The notes below the pieces were generated by a model. The model saw only the letters and a list, made by a program, of their open reading frames with translations, searched no databases and was not told the DNA's origin. 59,732 nucleotides of DNA from a virus (Duplodnaviria; Caudoviricetes): positions 1 through 59,732 of the IMG/VR virus record IMGVR_UViG_3300025813_000004. One strand, written 5' to 3'. Position 1 is the stretch's first letter. Every line of letters starts with the position of its first letter. The position numbers and the translations under genes were made by a program. Below, one piece after another: positions 1 to 8,899 of this stretch.

Positions 1-198
1 TGCTGCAACTAATACTGGTGGCCAAAGTGCTGCAACTAATACTGGTTACCAAAGTGCTGCAACTAATACTGGTGGCCGAAGTGCTGCAACTAATACTGGT
101 GGCCGAAGTGCTGCAACTAATACTGGTTACCAAAGTGCTGCAACTAATACTGGTGGCCAAAGTGCTGCAACTAATACTGGTTACCAAAGTGCTGCAAC
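1..198 (+). repeat. 27-bp coding tandem repeat (AGTGCTGCAACTAATACTGGT[TAC/GGC]C[A/G]A), continuing at 59590-59732
   Basis: Directly visible; encodes a 9-aa repeat. Confidence 0.95.
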
Positions 199-424
199 AG
201 TAGAAGGTAAAGAATCGGTAGCTATGGCAATTGGTTTAAAATCAAAAGCCAAAGGCGCCTTAGGTTGCTGGTTAGTGTTAGCAGAATGGTTTAAAGATGA
301 CAACTATAATTGGCACATTAAAGACGTACAAAGTATTAAAGTTGATGGCAATAAAATTAAAATTGATACGTTTTATATGTTAGTTGACGGTGATTTTGTT
401 GAAGCCGATAGCGTAGAGGATTAA
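2..424 (+). CDS. C-terminal part of the repeat-containing phage protein (DUF7666-like) that starts at 59247 and crosses the circular join
   Basis: Frame starting at base 2 reads (SAATNTG[Y/G][Q/R])n then VEGKESVAMAIG...; in frame with ORF 224-424. Confidence 0.85.
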   Translation, partial: AATNTGGQSAATNTGYQSAATNTGGRSAATNTGGRSAATNTGYQSAATNTGGQSAATNTGYQSAATVEGKESVAMAIGLKSKAKGALGCWLVLAEWFKDDNYNWHIKDVQSIKVDGNKIKIDTFYMLVDGDFVEADSVED

Positions 425-435
425 GAGGTTGGTTT

Positions 436-633
436 ATGAAACCAACCGTAAAATATAAAAATTCGCTTAAAAACATGGACAATTTTACAATATACGCATT
501 AGCACGAAACGCATTGATAGACAGCAATAACCAAAGACAACTTGATAAAATGATTGAGCACATAAAAACATCGAAAAGCAACGCAGATACGCTGAAAATA
601 ATACAGATGTATGTGACGTTTGAGAGACATTAA
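436..633 (+). CDS. hypothetical protein
   Basis: ORF with RBS (GAGG) in co-directional operon. Confidence 0.6.
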   Translation: MKPTVKYKNSLKNMDNFTIYALARNALIDSNNQRQLDKMIEHIKTSKSNADTLKIIQMYVTFERH

Positions 634-650
634 TTAAGGAAGTGTAAATA

Positions 651-1352
651 ATGAAAGTAAGTTGGTTTTCAGCAGGTGTATCTAGTTTTGTAGCAGCATA
701 TTTAGAACGTGAAACATTAGATAAAATTATGTATTGTCATATTGAAGATCAGCACGAAGACACATTGAGATTCTTAAATGATTGTCAGAAGGTACTGGGT
801 AAAGAGATTGAACCATTACAATCAAAATATAAGTCAGTAGAAAACGTTGTAAGACAATTTAGATTTATCAATTCGCCATATGGAGCTAAATGCACTCAAA
901 TTCTAAAAAAGCGTGTTCGTAAGGAATGGGAATATGGGAAGACTGATTTAACTTATGTATGGGGATTTGATTATGCAGAAAAACATAGAGCTGAAAGAAC
1001 ATTGGAGTTAATGCCAGAATATAAGCACATATTTCCTTTAATAGATAGACAAATAACAAAAGAAGAATGTCATGGGATGGCTTTAAAACTAGGATTAAAA
1101 AGACCTGCTATGTATGACCTAGGATACCATAATAACAATTGCATTGGTTGTGTAAAAGGTGGCATGGGGTACTGGAATAAAATAAGAGTTGATTTTCCAG
1201 ATGTATTTGCTAGTAGGGCAAAGTTAGAAAGAGAAATAGGAGCATCATGCATAAAAGGCGTTTACTTAGACGAATTAGAACCAGATCGCGGTAGAATTGA
1301 AGATGAAATTTTAGAAGATTGTAGTTTTGTATGCCAGTTGAATATTGATTAA
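651..1352 (+). CDS. Phosphoadenosine phosphosulfate (PAPS) reductase-family / PP-loop protein
   Basis: N-terminal SWFSAGVSS PP-loop-like motif; C-terminal HNNNCIGC and CSFVC cysteine motifs typical of phage members. Confidence 0.75.
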   Translation: MKVSWFSAGVSSFVAAYLERETLDKIMYCHIEDQHEDTLRFLNDCQKVLGKEIEPLQSKYKSVENVVRQFRFINSPYGAKCTQILKKRVRKEWEYGKTDLTYVWGFDYAEKHRAERTLELMPEYKHIFPLIDRQITKEECHGMALKLGLKRPAMYDLGYHNNNCIGCVKGGMGYWNKIRVDFPDVFASRAKLEREIGASCIKGVYLDELEPDRGRIEDEILEDCSFVCQLNID

Positions 1353-1381
1353 AAACACAAGTTTGAAAGTGTGGTGATAAA

Positions 1382-2218
1382 GTGGATGAAAATTCTGGAT
1401 GGATAAAACTACATAGATGCTTAATTGATAAAGCAATTTGGACTTGTTCAACACCAGAACATTGCAAAATATTGATTAATTTATTGATAATGGCTAATCA
1501 CGAAGTAAAAGAGTGGATTTGGCAGGGTGAAAAATTTAAAGCTAATTCAGGTCAATTTGTTACCAGCTTAGAATCAATAAGAAAAAAATGTGGCAAAGGT
1601 ATCACAATACAAAATATAAGAAGTGCGCTAGAAAAATTTAAAAAACTTGAATTTTTAACATACGAATCAACAAAGACAGGGCGACTTATAACAATAGTAA
1701 ATTGGCAGGCTTATCAATCAATAAATGAATATAGTAACAAAGATAGTAACAAAGAACCAACAAACGACCAACAAACAGGTAACAAAGAACCAACAACTAA
1801 CAAGAATGATAAGAATAATAAGAATGTAAGAAGTAATATATATACTCCCGAATTCGAAAAATTTTATTCAGAGTATCCACGATCAGAAAATAAGAGCCAA
1901 ACGTTTATTAACTGGAAAAGTAAACTAAAAAATGGTTTGACTGTTGATCTGATTATGAAAGCAGTAGAAAATTATAAAATTAAATGTGAAGACGAGGAAA
2001 AAGAAAAACGATATTGCTTTAATTCATCAAACTTTCTAGGCAAGGCAAATTATGTTAATGATTACCTACCAAAAAATTTCGACCCAAGCAAAATAAAAAG
2101 TAAGGGAGGGACAAGTTACGGAGCAGATAAGAAATTCACTGGAACGAATGAAACTAAAAATTACACAAGCGGCAAATACGGAAATTTCTTTAAACGAGAT
2201 ATTGAAAGTGGTTCCTGA
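1382..2218 (+). CDS. Phage replication initiator (replisome organiser-like)
   Basis: GWIKLHR N-terminus, winged-helix GQFVTS segment, low-complexity linker, FEKFYSEYPR C-domain; directly upstream of a DnaC-like ATPase. Confidence 0.8.
   Translation: MDENSGWIKLHRCLIDKAIWTCSTPEHCKILINLLIMANHEVKEWIWQGEKFKANSGQFVTSLESIRKKCGKGITIQNIRSALEKFKKLEFLTYESTKTGRLITIVNWQAYQSINEYSNKDSNKEPTNDQQTGNKEPTTNKNDKNNKNVRSNIYTPEFEKFYSEYPRSENKSQTFINWKSKLKNGLTVDLIMKAVENYKIKCEDEEKEKRYCFNSSNFLGKANYVNDYLPKNFDPSKIKSKGGTSYGADKKFTGTNETKNYTSGKYGNFFKRDIESGS
1731..1826. repeat. Iteron-like repeats within the initiator gene; probable replication origin
   Basis: GTAACAAAGA x3, ACCAACAA x3, AAGAAT x3 in the linker-coding region, as in lambdoid/Firmicutes phage origins. 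Confidence 0.6.
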
Positions 2219-3005
2219 ACTCAAAGAAGTACCCAAAAAAGTATTGATTAATTACAAACTAGAAGCAATGCAACTTTACAAAAACCGTATTCAGTGCCAT
2301 AAATGCACTAAGCAAGGAGAAAGTTTGTTTGATTGTTGGCAACTCACACCAATGATTATAGATAATACTATTGGTTTTAGCGCAGGGCAATGCGACAAAC
2401 AACGAAAAGCATACATAAGCAAAAGAACAGCGCGAATCATGGAGCAATCAAGAATAGGTGAAAGGTTTAAAAATCGGCGTTTTGAAACCTTTAAAACTAA
2501 TGCATCTAATCGCAAAGCATATGAAACGTGCTTGTCCTATACTAGATCATTTAATAAAAAAAGCAACGGACTGTTATTGGTCGGCGAATACGGTACAGGG
2601 AAAACACATTTAGCAGTAGCAATGATACATGAACTAGCTAAAAAAAGTGTATACGGCGTGTTTATTACAACACCGGAACTATTGCAAAAGATACGAACAA
2701 GTTTTAATAACGAAGATTACAACCAAAATGAAATCATGGACATTGTTAAGACTACAGAGTTTTTGGTGCTTGATGATTTAGGAGCCGAGAAAGTTACGGA
2801 TTGGGTCAGAGAACAATTTTACATGATTATTAACGCGCGGTATGAAAATATGTTACCTACGGTAATAACAACTAACTTGTCATTCAATGAGCTAGAAAAA
2901 CAAATAGGTAAGCGCATTGTTAGCCGGATTATCGAAATGACGGACGGTGTTTTATTTGAGGGGGAAGATTACCGAATGCGCAAATTAGGCGGTGATAAAA
3001 AATGA
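2148..3005 (+). CDS. DnaC/IstB-like helicase loader ATPase
   Basis: Walker A GEYGTGKT, Walker B LVLDDLG, TVITTN and RIVSRI motifs. Confidence 0.9.
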   Translation: MKLKITQAANTEISLNEILKVVPELKEVPKKVLINYKLEAMQLYKNRIQCHKCTKQGESLFDCWQLTPMIIDNTIGFSAGQCDKQRKAYISKRTARIMEQSRIGERFKNRRFETFKTNASNRKAYETCLSYTRSFNKKSNGLLLVGEYGTGKTHLAVAMIHELAKKSVYGVFITTPELLQKIRTSFNNEDYNQNEIMDIVKTTEFLVLDDLGAEKVTDWVREQFYMIINARYENMLPTVITTNLSFNELEKQIGKRIVSRIIEMTDGVLFEGEDYRMRKLGGDKK

Positions 3006-3454
3006 AATACCTAAACTCACAAGGCATCAACGATTTAGGAATTATCGGTTATATGTCTGGCAATCTTAACGAAATGCGAAAACGTATAGACAAAAGTTGG
3101 TCAACAGAAACAAAGCGAGCTGTAAGTATGGCAGCTACATACACGGATAAAGCGTATAGATCAATTTGCAGTGAACTTGATAAACAACAAGGTAAATTAT
3201 TGGTTAACAGGTTAAATTCGTGGAAAACTGCAAAAATGGACATTATTCGCAAAGGTGAAGTCAGACACATAGCACAAACAATTGAACTTGATAAAGAGGA
3301 TTTTTATGAATTAGTTGAGCATTGCGTAGACGGTTGCTGTAAAGGATGCAAACAACCAGACTTATGTGGATTGAAATCAGTATTTTTAAGATATGATGTT
3401 CCGATAAGTAGAGATGAAGGTAAATGCCCATATTGGAATGATGGAGGTAAATAA
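3002..3454 (+). CDS. hypothetical protein with C-terminal Cys cluster (DUF5651-like)
   Basis: CxxC...C...CPY motif; ATGA coupling to upstream gene. Confidence 0.65.
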   Translation: MKYLNSQGINDLGIIGYMSGNLNEMRKRIDKSWSTETKRAVSMAATYTDKAYRSICSELDKQQGKLLVNRLNSWKTAKMDIIRKGEVRHIAQTIELDKEDFYELVEHCVDGCCKGCKQPDLCGLKSVFLRYDVPISRDEGKCPYWNDGGK

Positions 3455-3455
3455 A

Positions 3456-3701
3456 ATGGAGTTAGAAAGAGAAGATATTCTAAAAATATTTTTAGAGTGG
3501 AGAAATATAGAAACTCCATGCGAAAAATGTGGTGGTTCAGGTGTAACAACGTATAACAATACAAGTACCTATATGCACAGTATTGGTGGTTGTACAATAA
3601 CTACAGATATATGCGATAGATGCTGGGGGACTGGTGATAAAAATAAAAAAGGAATTAATCTTAGAACATACAGTCATTTATTTTTAAATGGAGGCAAATA
3701 A
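3456..3701 (+). CDS. small zinc-finger protein (CxxCxGxG repeats)
   Basis: CEKCGGSG and CDRCWGTG; start at ATG after GGAGG. Confidence 0.65.
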   Translation: MELEREDILKIFLEWRNIETPCEKCGGSGVTTYNNTSTYMHSIGGCTITTDICDRCWGTGDKNKKGINLRTYSHLFLNGGK

Positions 3702-3992
3702 ATGATAGATAAAGACCTAAAAACAATAGCAGATTATTTTAAATTTGATAGTCAAAAAGATAAACTAGTCGAAGAAACAGGAGAAATGTTGCAGGCGTTA
3801 ATTAAATTTATAAAATGTAAAAAATATGAAAACAGAATGCATTTAGACGAAGAAATAGCAGATGTAAAAATTTGCTTAGAACAAATTGAATATTTAATAT
3901 CTGTAGATTTTGAAGTACAAGAAGTTAAACAAGAAAAAATCAATCGTACATTGCAACGTATCGAAAACGGATATTACAAACCATCAAAATAA
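3702..3992 (+). CDS. MazG-like nucleoside triphosphate pyrophosphohydrolase
   Basis: KLVEETGE...EEIADV motif. Confidence 0.75.
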   Translation: MIDKDLKTIADYFKFDSQKDKLVEETGEMLQALIKFIKCKKYENRMHLDEEIADVKICLEQIEYLISVDFEVQEVKQEKINRTLQRIENGYYKPSK

Positions 3993-4142
3993 AACATACC
4001 CCGCCTAATTTGCCCAACATTAAACAAAATATACACGACTAATATACTTATATAGGCAAGTGTAAAATAACGAGCTTAAAACTAAAATATCATTTTCTTG
4101 ACATTACGAAAATGATATTAATAAAGAAAGTAGAGTGATAAC

Positions 4143-4337
4143 GTGAATGAATTAAAAAAATGCCCATTTTGTGGTAGAGAAGTAGAATTAGATGAAAATA
4201 AAGCATATGGAATTAGCTATATATTATGTGATTGCGGAATGTGTACTAGCTTTAGAGGATTTGAAAGTGCTGGACAAGCAATACATATGTGGAATACAAG
4301 GAAAAGAGAGGTAAAAGTAAATGGAAGAAATACTTAA
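4143..4337 (+). CDS. Lar-family restriction alleviation protein
   Basis: ELKKCPFCG...CDCG...AIHMWNTR pattern. Confidence 0.8.
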   Translation: MNELKKCPFCGREVELDENKAYGISYILCDCGMCTSFRGFESAGQAIHMWNTRKREVKVNGRNT

Positions 4338-4484
4338 AGTAATACTATATTCCCTAACAATACTTACAACAACAATATTAATAGCATATCTGTATTGCGT
4401 ATACGGGCGGTGGCAAGAGCGGAGAAAGTATAGAAAATTTGATAGTGAAACGAAAGATAGAATTATGCGAACAATTGTTAAGAG

Positions 4485-4778
4485 GTGAGTAAATTGAGAA
4501 GACCGGATATAGAAAACGCTAAAAAAATACTAGAAAGTGCAAACAATCCCAAACAATATTATCCAAACCAAGGATTTTACAATACGTGGATGATTAAAGC
4601 AGTACCAGAACTGATTGAGTACATAGAACAACTAGAAAAAGATATAAAAATGTTTAGATTTGATACAGAAAACTTTGCAGATTATTTATTGGAAGACCAA
4701 ATTATAAAAAATGCAAGTGAAGCGTTTGAACATCAAGACAGAGATTTATTGATTAGTGTTTTAAAACGCTGGGGTTAA
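4485..4778 (+). CDS. hypothetical protein
   Basis: ORF in early operon. Confidence 0.55.
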   Translation: MSKLRRPDIENAKKILESANNPKQYYPNQGFYNTWMIKAVPELIEYIEQLEKDIKMFRFDTENFADYLLEDQIIKNASEAFEHQDRDLLISVLKRWG

Positions 4779-4791
4779 GGGGTGATAAACA

Positions 4792-4980
4792 TTGAAATGC
4801 AATGATGAAGCGGTAGAAAAGTTAATTAAATATATTATTGATGGTGGTTGTACGGACTTTTGCCCATCGGAAGCAGGATTACACGATATCAATAACGGCA
4901 GATGTATGGGAATGCCGATTAATCCAGAATTTTGCAATGAATGTGAAGAAAAAATATTCGGAAAGGCATGTCTAAAATGA
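4792..4980 (+). CDS. hypothetical Cys-rich protein
   Basis: ORF with AGGGGTG RBS. Confidence 0.55.
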   Translation: MKCNDEAVEKLIKYIIDGGCTDFCPSEAGLHDINNGRCMGMPINPEFCNECEEKIFGKACLK

Positions 4981-5116
4981 AACAACGATATACAGCCTTT
5001 GACCTCAATCACAAGCAAGCCAAGGATTGCAGTAAATTAAGGAAGTTGCTAAATAAGCCAAGTACGGTAAGAAATCGGAAGAAGGTAGAGAAGTTACGGA
5101 AAAGGTTGGGGATAGA

Positions 5117-5353
5117 ATGATGGAAAACGGAATTACAAGATTAGAAGTTTTTAATACGAATGGTGTGTATGTTTATGAAGTTGGCGATATTGAATGTGTT
5201 TCGAATAGGGTTATAGCTGAAATTAAAGATCTTTGCAAGGAATTTGATGGTCATATGTATGTTGGTTATGAATTAGTCGATAAAGATGGTTATATGCTTG
5301 CAAGGTTTGAGAACGGAACTTATGCTACGTGGTTTGATAAGCCTGATGTGTAA
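5117..5353 (+). CDS. hypothetical protein
   Basis: ORF with RBS. Confidence 0.55.
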   Translation: MMENGITRLEVFNTNGVYVYEVGDIECVSNRVIAEIKDLCKEFDGHMYVGYELVDKDGYMLARFENGTYATWFDKPDV

Positions 5354-5503
5354 TGGACAAAAAATAACAAGACCAGCACTAGTGGTCTTGTTGAGAAAGG
5401 AGAAAATAAATTATATACGGATGGAGTAGTTAAGCCGTATCGATTTTAGTATATCCAGTAGTTTTGAAATTATACGGTAAATTAGGGGTGAAGGGGTGAT
5501 AAC

Positions 5504-5644
5504 GTGAGTAATTTAAAACCGTGTCCGTTTTGCGATAATACTGCTGCAGAAAAATTAAATATTAGCAGAAGCACATTAAACAATAGATTATTTAGAAGTA
5601 AATGGACAATAGAAAAATCATTAACAAGGAGCGTAAACAAATGA
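5504..5644 (+). pseudogene. 46-aa chimeric remnant: Lar-like N-terminus fused to HNH-endonuclease-type C-terminal HTH tail
   Basis: Reads MSNLKPCPFCDNTAAEKLNISRSTLNNRLFRSKWTIEKSLTRSVNK*; AGGGGTG RBS; stop overlaps the ssb ATG. Confidence 0.5.
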
Positions 5645-6036
5645 ATAAATTTATAGGTGTCGGAAGATTGGCAAAGGATCCAGAAATAAGATATTCTCAA
5701 ACAGGTACAGCAGTTGCGAATTTTAATGTAGCAATATCAAGTGGATATGGAGAGCATAAACAAACTGATTTTATCCCAATAGTAGTATTCCAAAAACTTG
5801 CAGAAATATGCGGTAATAACCTAACGAAAGGTAGTCAAATTTTAGTCGAAGGTCGTATACAAGTTCGTAATTACGAAACACAAGACGGTCAAAAACGTTA
5901 TGTAACAGAGGTTATTGCGCAAAATATTGAGTTTATGGGCAGTAAACAATCGAAACCAAGTGATGGACAAGCAGATAATAGCGGTGCGAATTCTTTCGGT
6001 AGTGAAGTAGATGTTGACCAAGAAATACCATTTTAG
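5641..6036 (+). CDS. ssb: Single-stranded DNA-binding protein
   Basis: MNKFIGVGRLAKDPE...VEGRIQVRNY...acidic DQEIPF tail. Confidence 0.95.
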   Translation: MNKFIGVGRLAKDPEIRYSQTGTAVANFNVAISSGYGEHKQTDFIPIVVFQKLAEICGNNLTKGSQILVEGRIQVRNYETQDGQKRYVTEVIAQNIEFMGSKQSKPSDGQADNSGANSFGSEVDVDQEIPF

Positions 6037-6094
6037 TAAATAATGTTAATTAAAATAAACGCAGGGATTAATTCCCTGTAAAGGTGGGAGAAAA

Positions 6095-6316
6095 ATGATA
6101 GATCAAAGCAAATATGTAATGTCAAAATACGCAACAAGAGAAGAACTACTTAAAGATAAATGCGAGGCATATAAAGAAGAATTAGAAAAAAGCAACAAAC
6201 TTCTAACTAAAGCACACAATATAATGCAAGACGTATTGTACAATAAAGGCATTTACCACGCAGAAACATATATGTTATTTGAAGATATAAGCAATTATTT
6301 AAACGAAAGCAGGTGA
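6095..6316 (+). CDS. hypothetical protein
   Basis: ORF with RBS. Confidence 0.55.
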   Translation: MIDQSKYVMSKYATREELLKDKCEAYKEELEKSNKLLTKAHNIMQDVLYNKGIYHAETYMLFEDISNYLNESR

Positions 6317-6320
6317 ATAA

Positions 6321-6677
6321 GTGGGTAAAATTAATTCAAAAGCCAAAGGTGCAAAAGGCGAAAGAGAATTAGCAATCAAACTTAGAGAATATGGTTTTAA
6401 AGATGCTAAAAGATCGCAACAATATTGTGGATTGGGTGAAAATGCTGCCGATATTGTAGATGCATTACCAAACATACACATAGAGTGTAAAAGAGTCCAA
6501 AGACTTAATATATCGGATGCAATAGCACAGGCAAAACGTGATGCAAAAAACGGCAATATGCCTACTGTATTTCATCGTAGGAATAATGAAAAATGGCTTG
6601 TAACAATGCCACTTGATAACTGGATTGATATTTATAGAGAGTATTATAGTGGATTAATACTAAAAGTGGAGGAATAA
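6321..6677 (+). CDS. Holliday junction resolvase-like PD-(D/E)xK nuclease
   Basis: SKAKGAKGERE...ADIV...IECKR motif. Confidence 0.8.
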   Translation: MGKINSKAKGAKGERELAIKLREYGFKDAKRSQQYCGLGENAADIVDALPNIHIECKRVQRLNISDAIAQAKRDAKNGNMPTVFHRRNNEKWLVTMPLDNWIDIYREYYSGLILKVEE

Positions 6678-6679
6678 AC

Positions 6680-7381
6680 ATGAATACCAAACTATTAGAA
6701 CAATTTAAAAAAGGTGAGGTAATATTATATACACCGACATTTGGAGATTTTAAGGCGTTGATGGAATGGTGCGATAAGCAAAATATAAAGTGGAGGGATG
6801 GCGATTATCCAAGCGAAGACATGAACGTGTCATTTAATAAATATAATTCAACATGCGAAGGGATAGCTTGGGATAATTTTCATGATGATTTATTTTATGT
6901 TGATTTAAGATTATGTGAAGATCGTTATAAAAATATGGCTAAAAATAAAGTTACTTTTACAACAAAAGATTTAGAACCAGACAAACAAACATTTAAAAAA
7001 GATGATTTAAAAATCGGAATGATTGTTGAGTTAATAAATCAAGAAAAAGCATTAGTAATGAAAACAGGATATTGGTTGCTTGAAAAATTATATGTATTAG
7101 AACCTAAAAGTTATGATGATAATTTTTATAGATTTATTGGTAATGATAGCGAAGACATAGTAAAAGTATATACAACAAACAACCTAATAGAAGTACTAGA
7201 AGGTAATTATGATTCACTAGAGTTAGTTTGGGAACGTGAGCAAGAAGAATTTTTAAAACAAAAGAAAAAAATTGAAGAATGCAAAGTGGCAGTAGAACAA
7301 GTTGAACATATTTTAAAAATAAAGCAAGAAGATTTAAATAAGGAAATAGAAAAATTGGCAATAATGAAAAGAGTTGAATAA
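6680..7381 (+). CDS. hypothetical protein
   Basis: 233-aa ORF with GGAGG RBS. Confidence 0.7.
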   Translation: MNTKLLEQFKKGEVILYTPTFGDFKALMEWCDKQNIKWRDGDYPSEDMNVSFNKYNSTCEGIAWDNFHDDLFYVDLRLCEDRYKNMAKNKVTFTTKDLEPDKQTFKKDDLKIGMIVELINQEKALVMKTGYWLLEKLYVLEPKSYDDNFYRFIGNDSEDIVKVYTTNNLIEVLEGNYDSLELVWEREQEEFLKQKKKIEECKVAVEQVEHILKIKQEDLNKEIEKLAIMKRVE

Positions 7382-8001
7382 AAATAAGAAAATGTATTAA
7401 TATAATTGGAATCAAATTTGGAAAACTTACCGTTATTAGAGAAGCAAGTAGCAACGAAATAACAAATACAAAACAAAGATGTAAAATGTGGGTATGTAAA
7501 TGCGATTGTGGTAAAGAAATAATAGCAAGAGGAACTAATTTAAGAGCTAAAGTTACTAAATCATGTGGATGTTATGCTAAAGAATTAAAAAAATTACCTA
7601 AAAAAGAAAAACCATATAGCAAATATAAAGCATATAAATCATGGAATAGTATGAAAGTTCGTTGCCTTAATAAAGACAATGAACATTATAAATTTTACGG
7701 TGCTAGAGGGATTAAAATATGTGAAAGATGGTTAAATTTTAAAAACTTTTTAGAAGATATGGGAGAAAGACCGGAAGGGAAAACATTAGATAGAATTAAT
7801 GTTAATGGTAATTACACTAAAGAAAATTGTCGTTGGGCGACTCCGGAAGAACAATCTAACAACACAAGGAAAAATGTTAAAATAATGTATGATGGGAAAT
7901 TAAAAACTTTTTATGAATTAGAAAAAATTACAGGCATAAAACGAAAAAAGTTAAAAAATAGATATTATAAAGGGAAAAGAGGAAATGATTTATTTATTTA
8001 G
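7378..8001 (+). CDS. HNH homing endonuclease (start uncertain; reading frame open from 7378)
   Basis: IGIKFGKLTV...WVCKCDCG...SCGC, YGARGIKICERW, TLDRINVNGNY...NCRWAT motifs. Confidence 0.85.
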   Translation: MKIRKCINIIGIKFGKLTVIREASSNEITNTKQRCKMWVCKCDCGKEIIARGTNLRAKVTKSCGCYAKELKKLPKKEKPYSKYKAYKSWNSMKVRCLNKDNEHYKFYGARGIKICERWLNFKNFLEDMGERPEGKTLDRINVNGNYTKENCRWATPEEQSNNTRKNVKIMYDGKLKTFYELEKITGIKRKKLKNRYYKGKRGNDLFI

Positions 8002-8181
8002 TAAAGCAAAACTATACAAAGAAGGTGAATGTTAAAATGAAATTAATATATAACAATGAAATCTACGAAATAATGTCTATTACTGAGTTTGGTTATATAG
8101 TAGTGGATAGTAATTGTTTGCTTGGATATATATCTAAAAAATATTGCGAATTAGCAGCATAATGAAGGATCGTGAATAACA

Positions 8182-8388
8182 ATGATATTTGAAATAAGCA
8201 AAACAAGCGACTGGTACGGAAAACAAAAACCGTGCAAAAAAGCTAAAATGGTCAATAATGATGGAGAAAATAAAAAATGGCAAATTAACATTAATACACT
8301 TAAAGAATTACTGAAACTACGTGAAGAAGTGGGAAAATTAATTATTAATAGCGATAGTATTGAGATTTATGATAGTTATAGAGAATAA
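8182..8388 (+). CDS. hypothetical protein
   Basis: ORF ending IEIYDSYRE, a common phage small protein. Confidence 0.6.
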   Translation: MIFEISKTSDWYGKQKPCKKAKMVNNDGENKKWQININTLKELLKLREEVGKLIINSDSIEIYDSYRE

Positions 8389-8424
8389 ACAGCAGAATTT
8401 AATTATTGATTTGGGAGTGATTAA

Positions 8425-8877
8425 ATGGCAATAAAAAAAGAAATTAAAGCATATGTTGAGTGCGAGTTACGCGATTATTTACAAACAATACGCGATCTAG
8501 GCGAAGAACGACAACATATTATTGATAGTTTGCCAACCTTTGATGATAGCGGAATAAGAGGTGCAGGCATTAGTAGGACTTGTGAGAAAAAAGCGTTACA
8601 ACTTATCACTAGTAAAAGAATACTATATATAAACAGAACGATAGAGGCTATACAATCGGTTTTAGATTCATTGCCAGAAGAAAAGTATAAACTTGTGCAA
8701 TTAAAGTATTGGGCAAAAACACAAACTAAAGCGGATGAAGGAATCGCTAGAGAGTTGCATATTGAAAAAACAACATATTATAAATGGGTTAACGGCATAA
8801 TTCTAGCGGTTGCGGTTGAACTAGGTATGATTAATGGAGTAAAAGAGGAAAAAGTGCGGAGTTTTAGGGGTGCATAA
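8425..8877 (+). CDS. ArpU/RinA-family late transcriptional activator
   Basis: AYVECELRDY N-terminus; LPEEKYKLVQLKYW...IARELHIEKTTYY HTH; end of the early region. Confidence 0.85.
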   Translation: MAIKKEIKAYVECELRDYLQTIRDLGEERQHIIDSLPTFDDSGIRGAGISRTCEKKALQLITSKRILYINRTIEAIQSVLDSLPEEKYKLVQLKYWAKTQTKADEGIARELHIEKTTYYKWVNGIILAVAVELGMINGVKEEKVRSFRGA

Positions 8878-8895
8878 CGATTTATAATAGTAGTG
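8848..8895 (+). promoter_or_regulatory. Probable activator-dependent late promoter (-10 TATAAT at 8883-8888)
   Basis: Consensus -10 with no clear -35, directly after the RinA/ArpU gene. Confidence 0.55.
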
Positions 8896-8899
8896 TGAA

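Noticed and set aside
1-198. 27-bp repeats as a CRISPR array
   Set aside because: Units are contiguous with no unique spacers, length is a multiple of 3, they encode SAATNTGxx, and no cas genes are present.
18-203. ORF 18-203 (VLQLILV repeats) and 59388-59714 on the minus strand
   Set aside because: Alternative-frame shadows of the coding repeat.
3440-3704. ATGGAGGYAAATAAA at the ends of two consecutive genes (both ending GGK*) as another cassette repeat
   Set aside because: Only two copies and largely explained by ordinary SD/stop overlap; too weak alone, though consistent with the junction-repeat theme.
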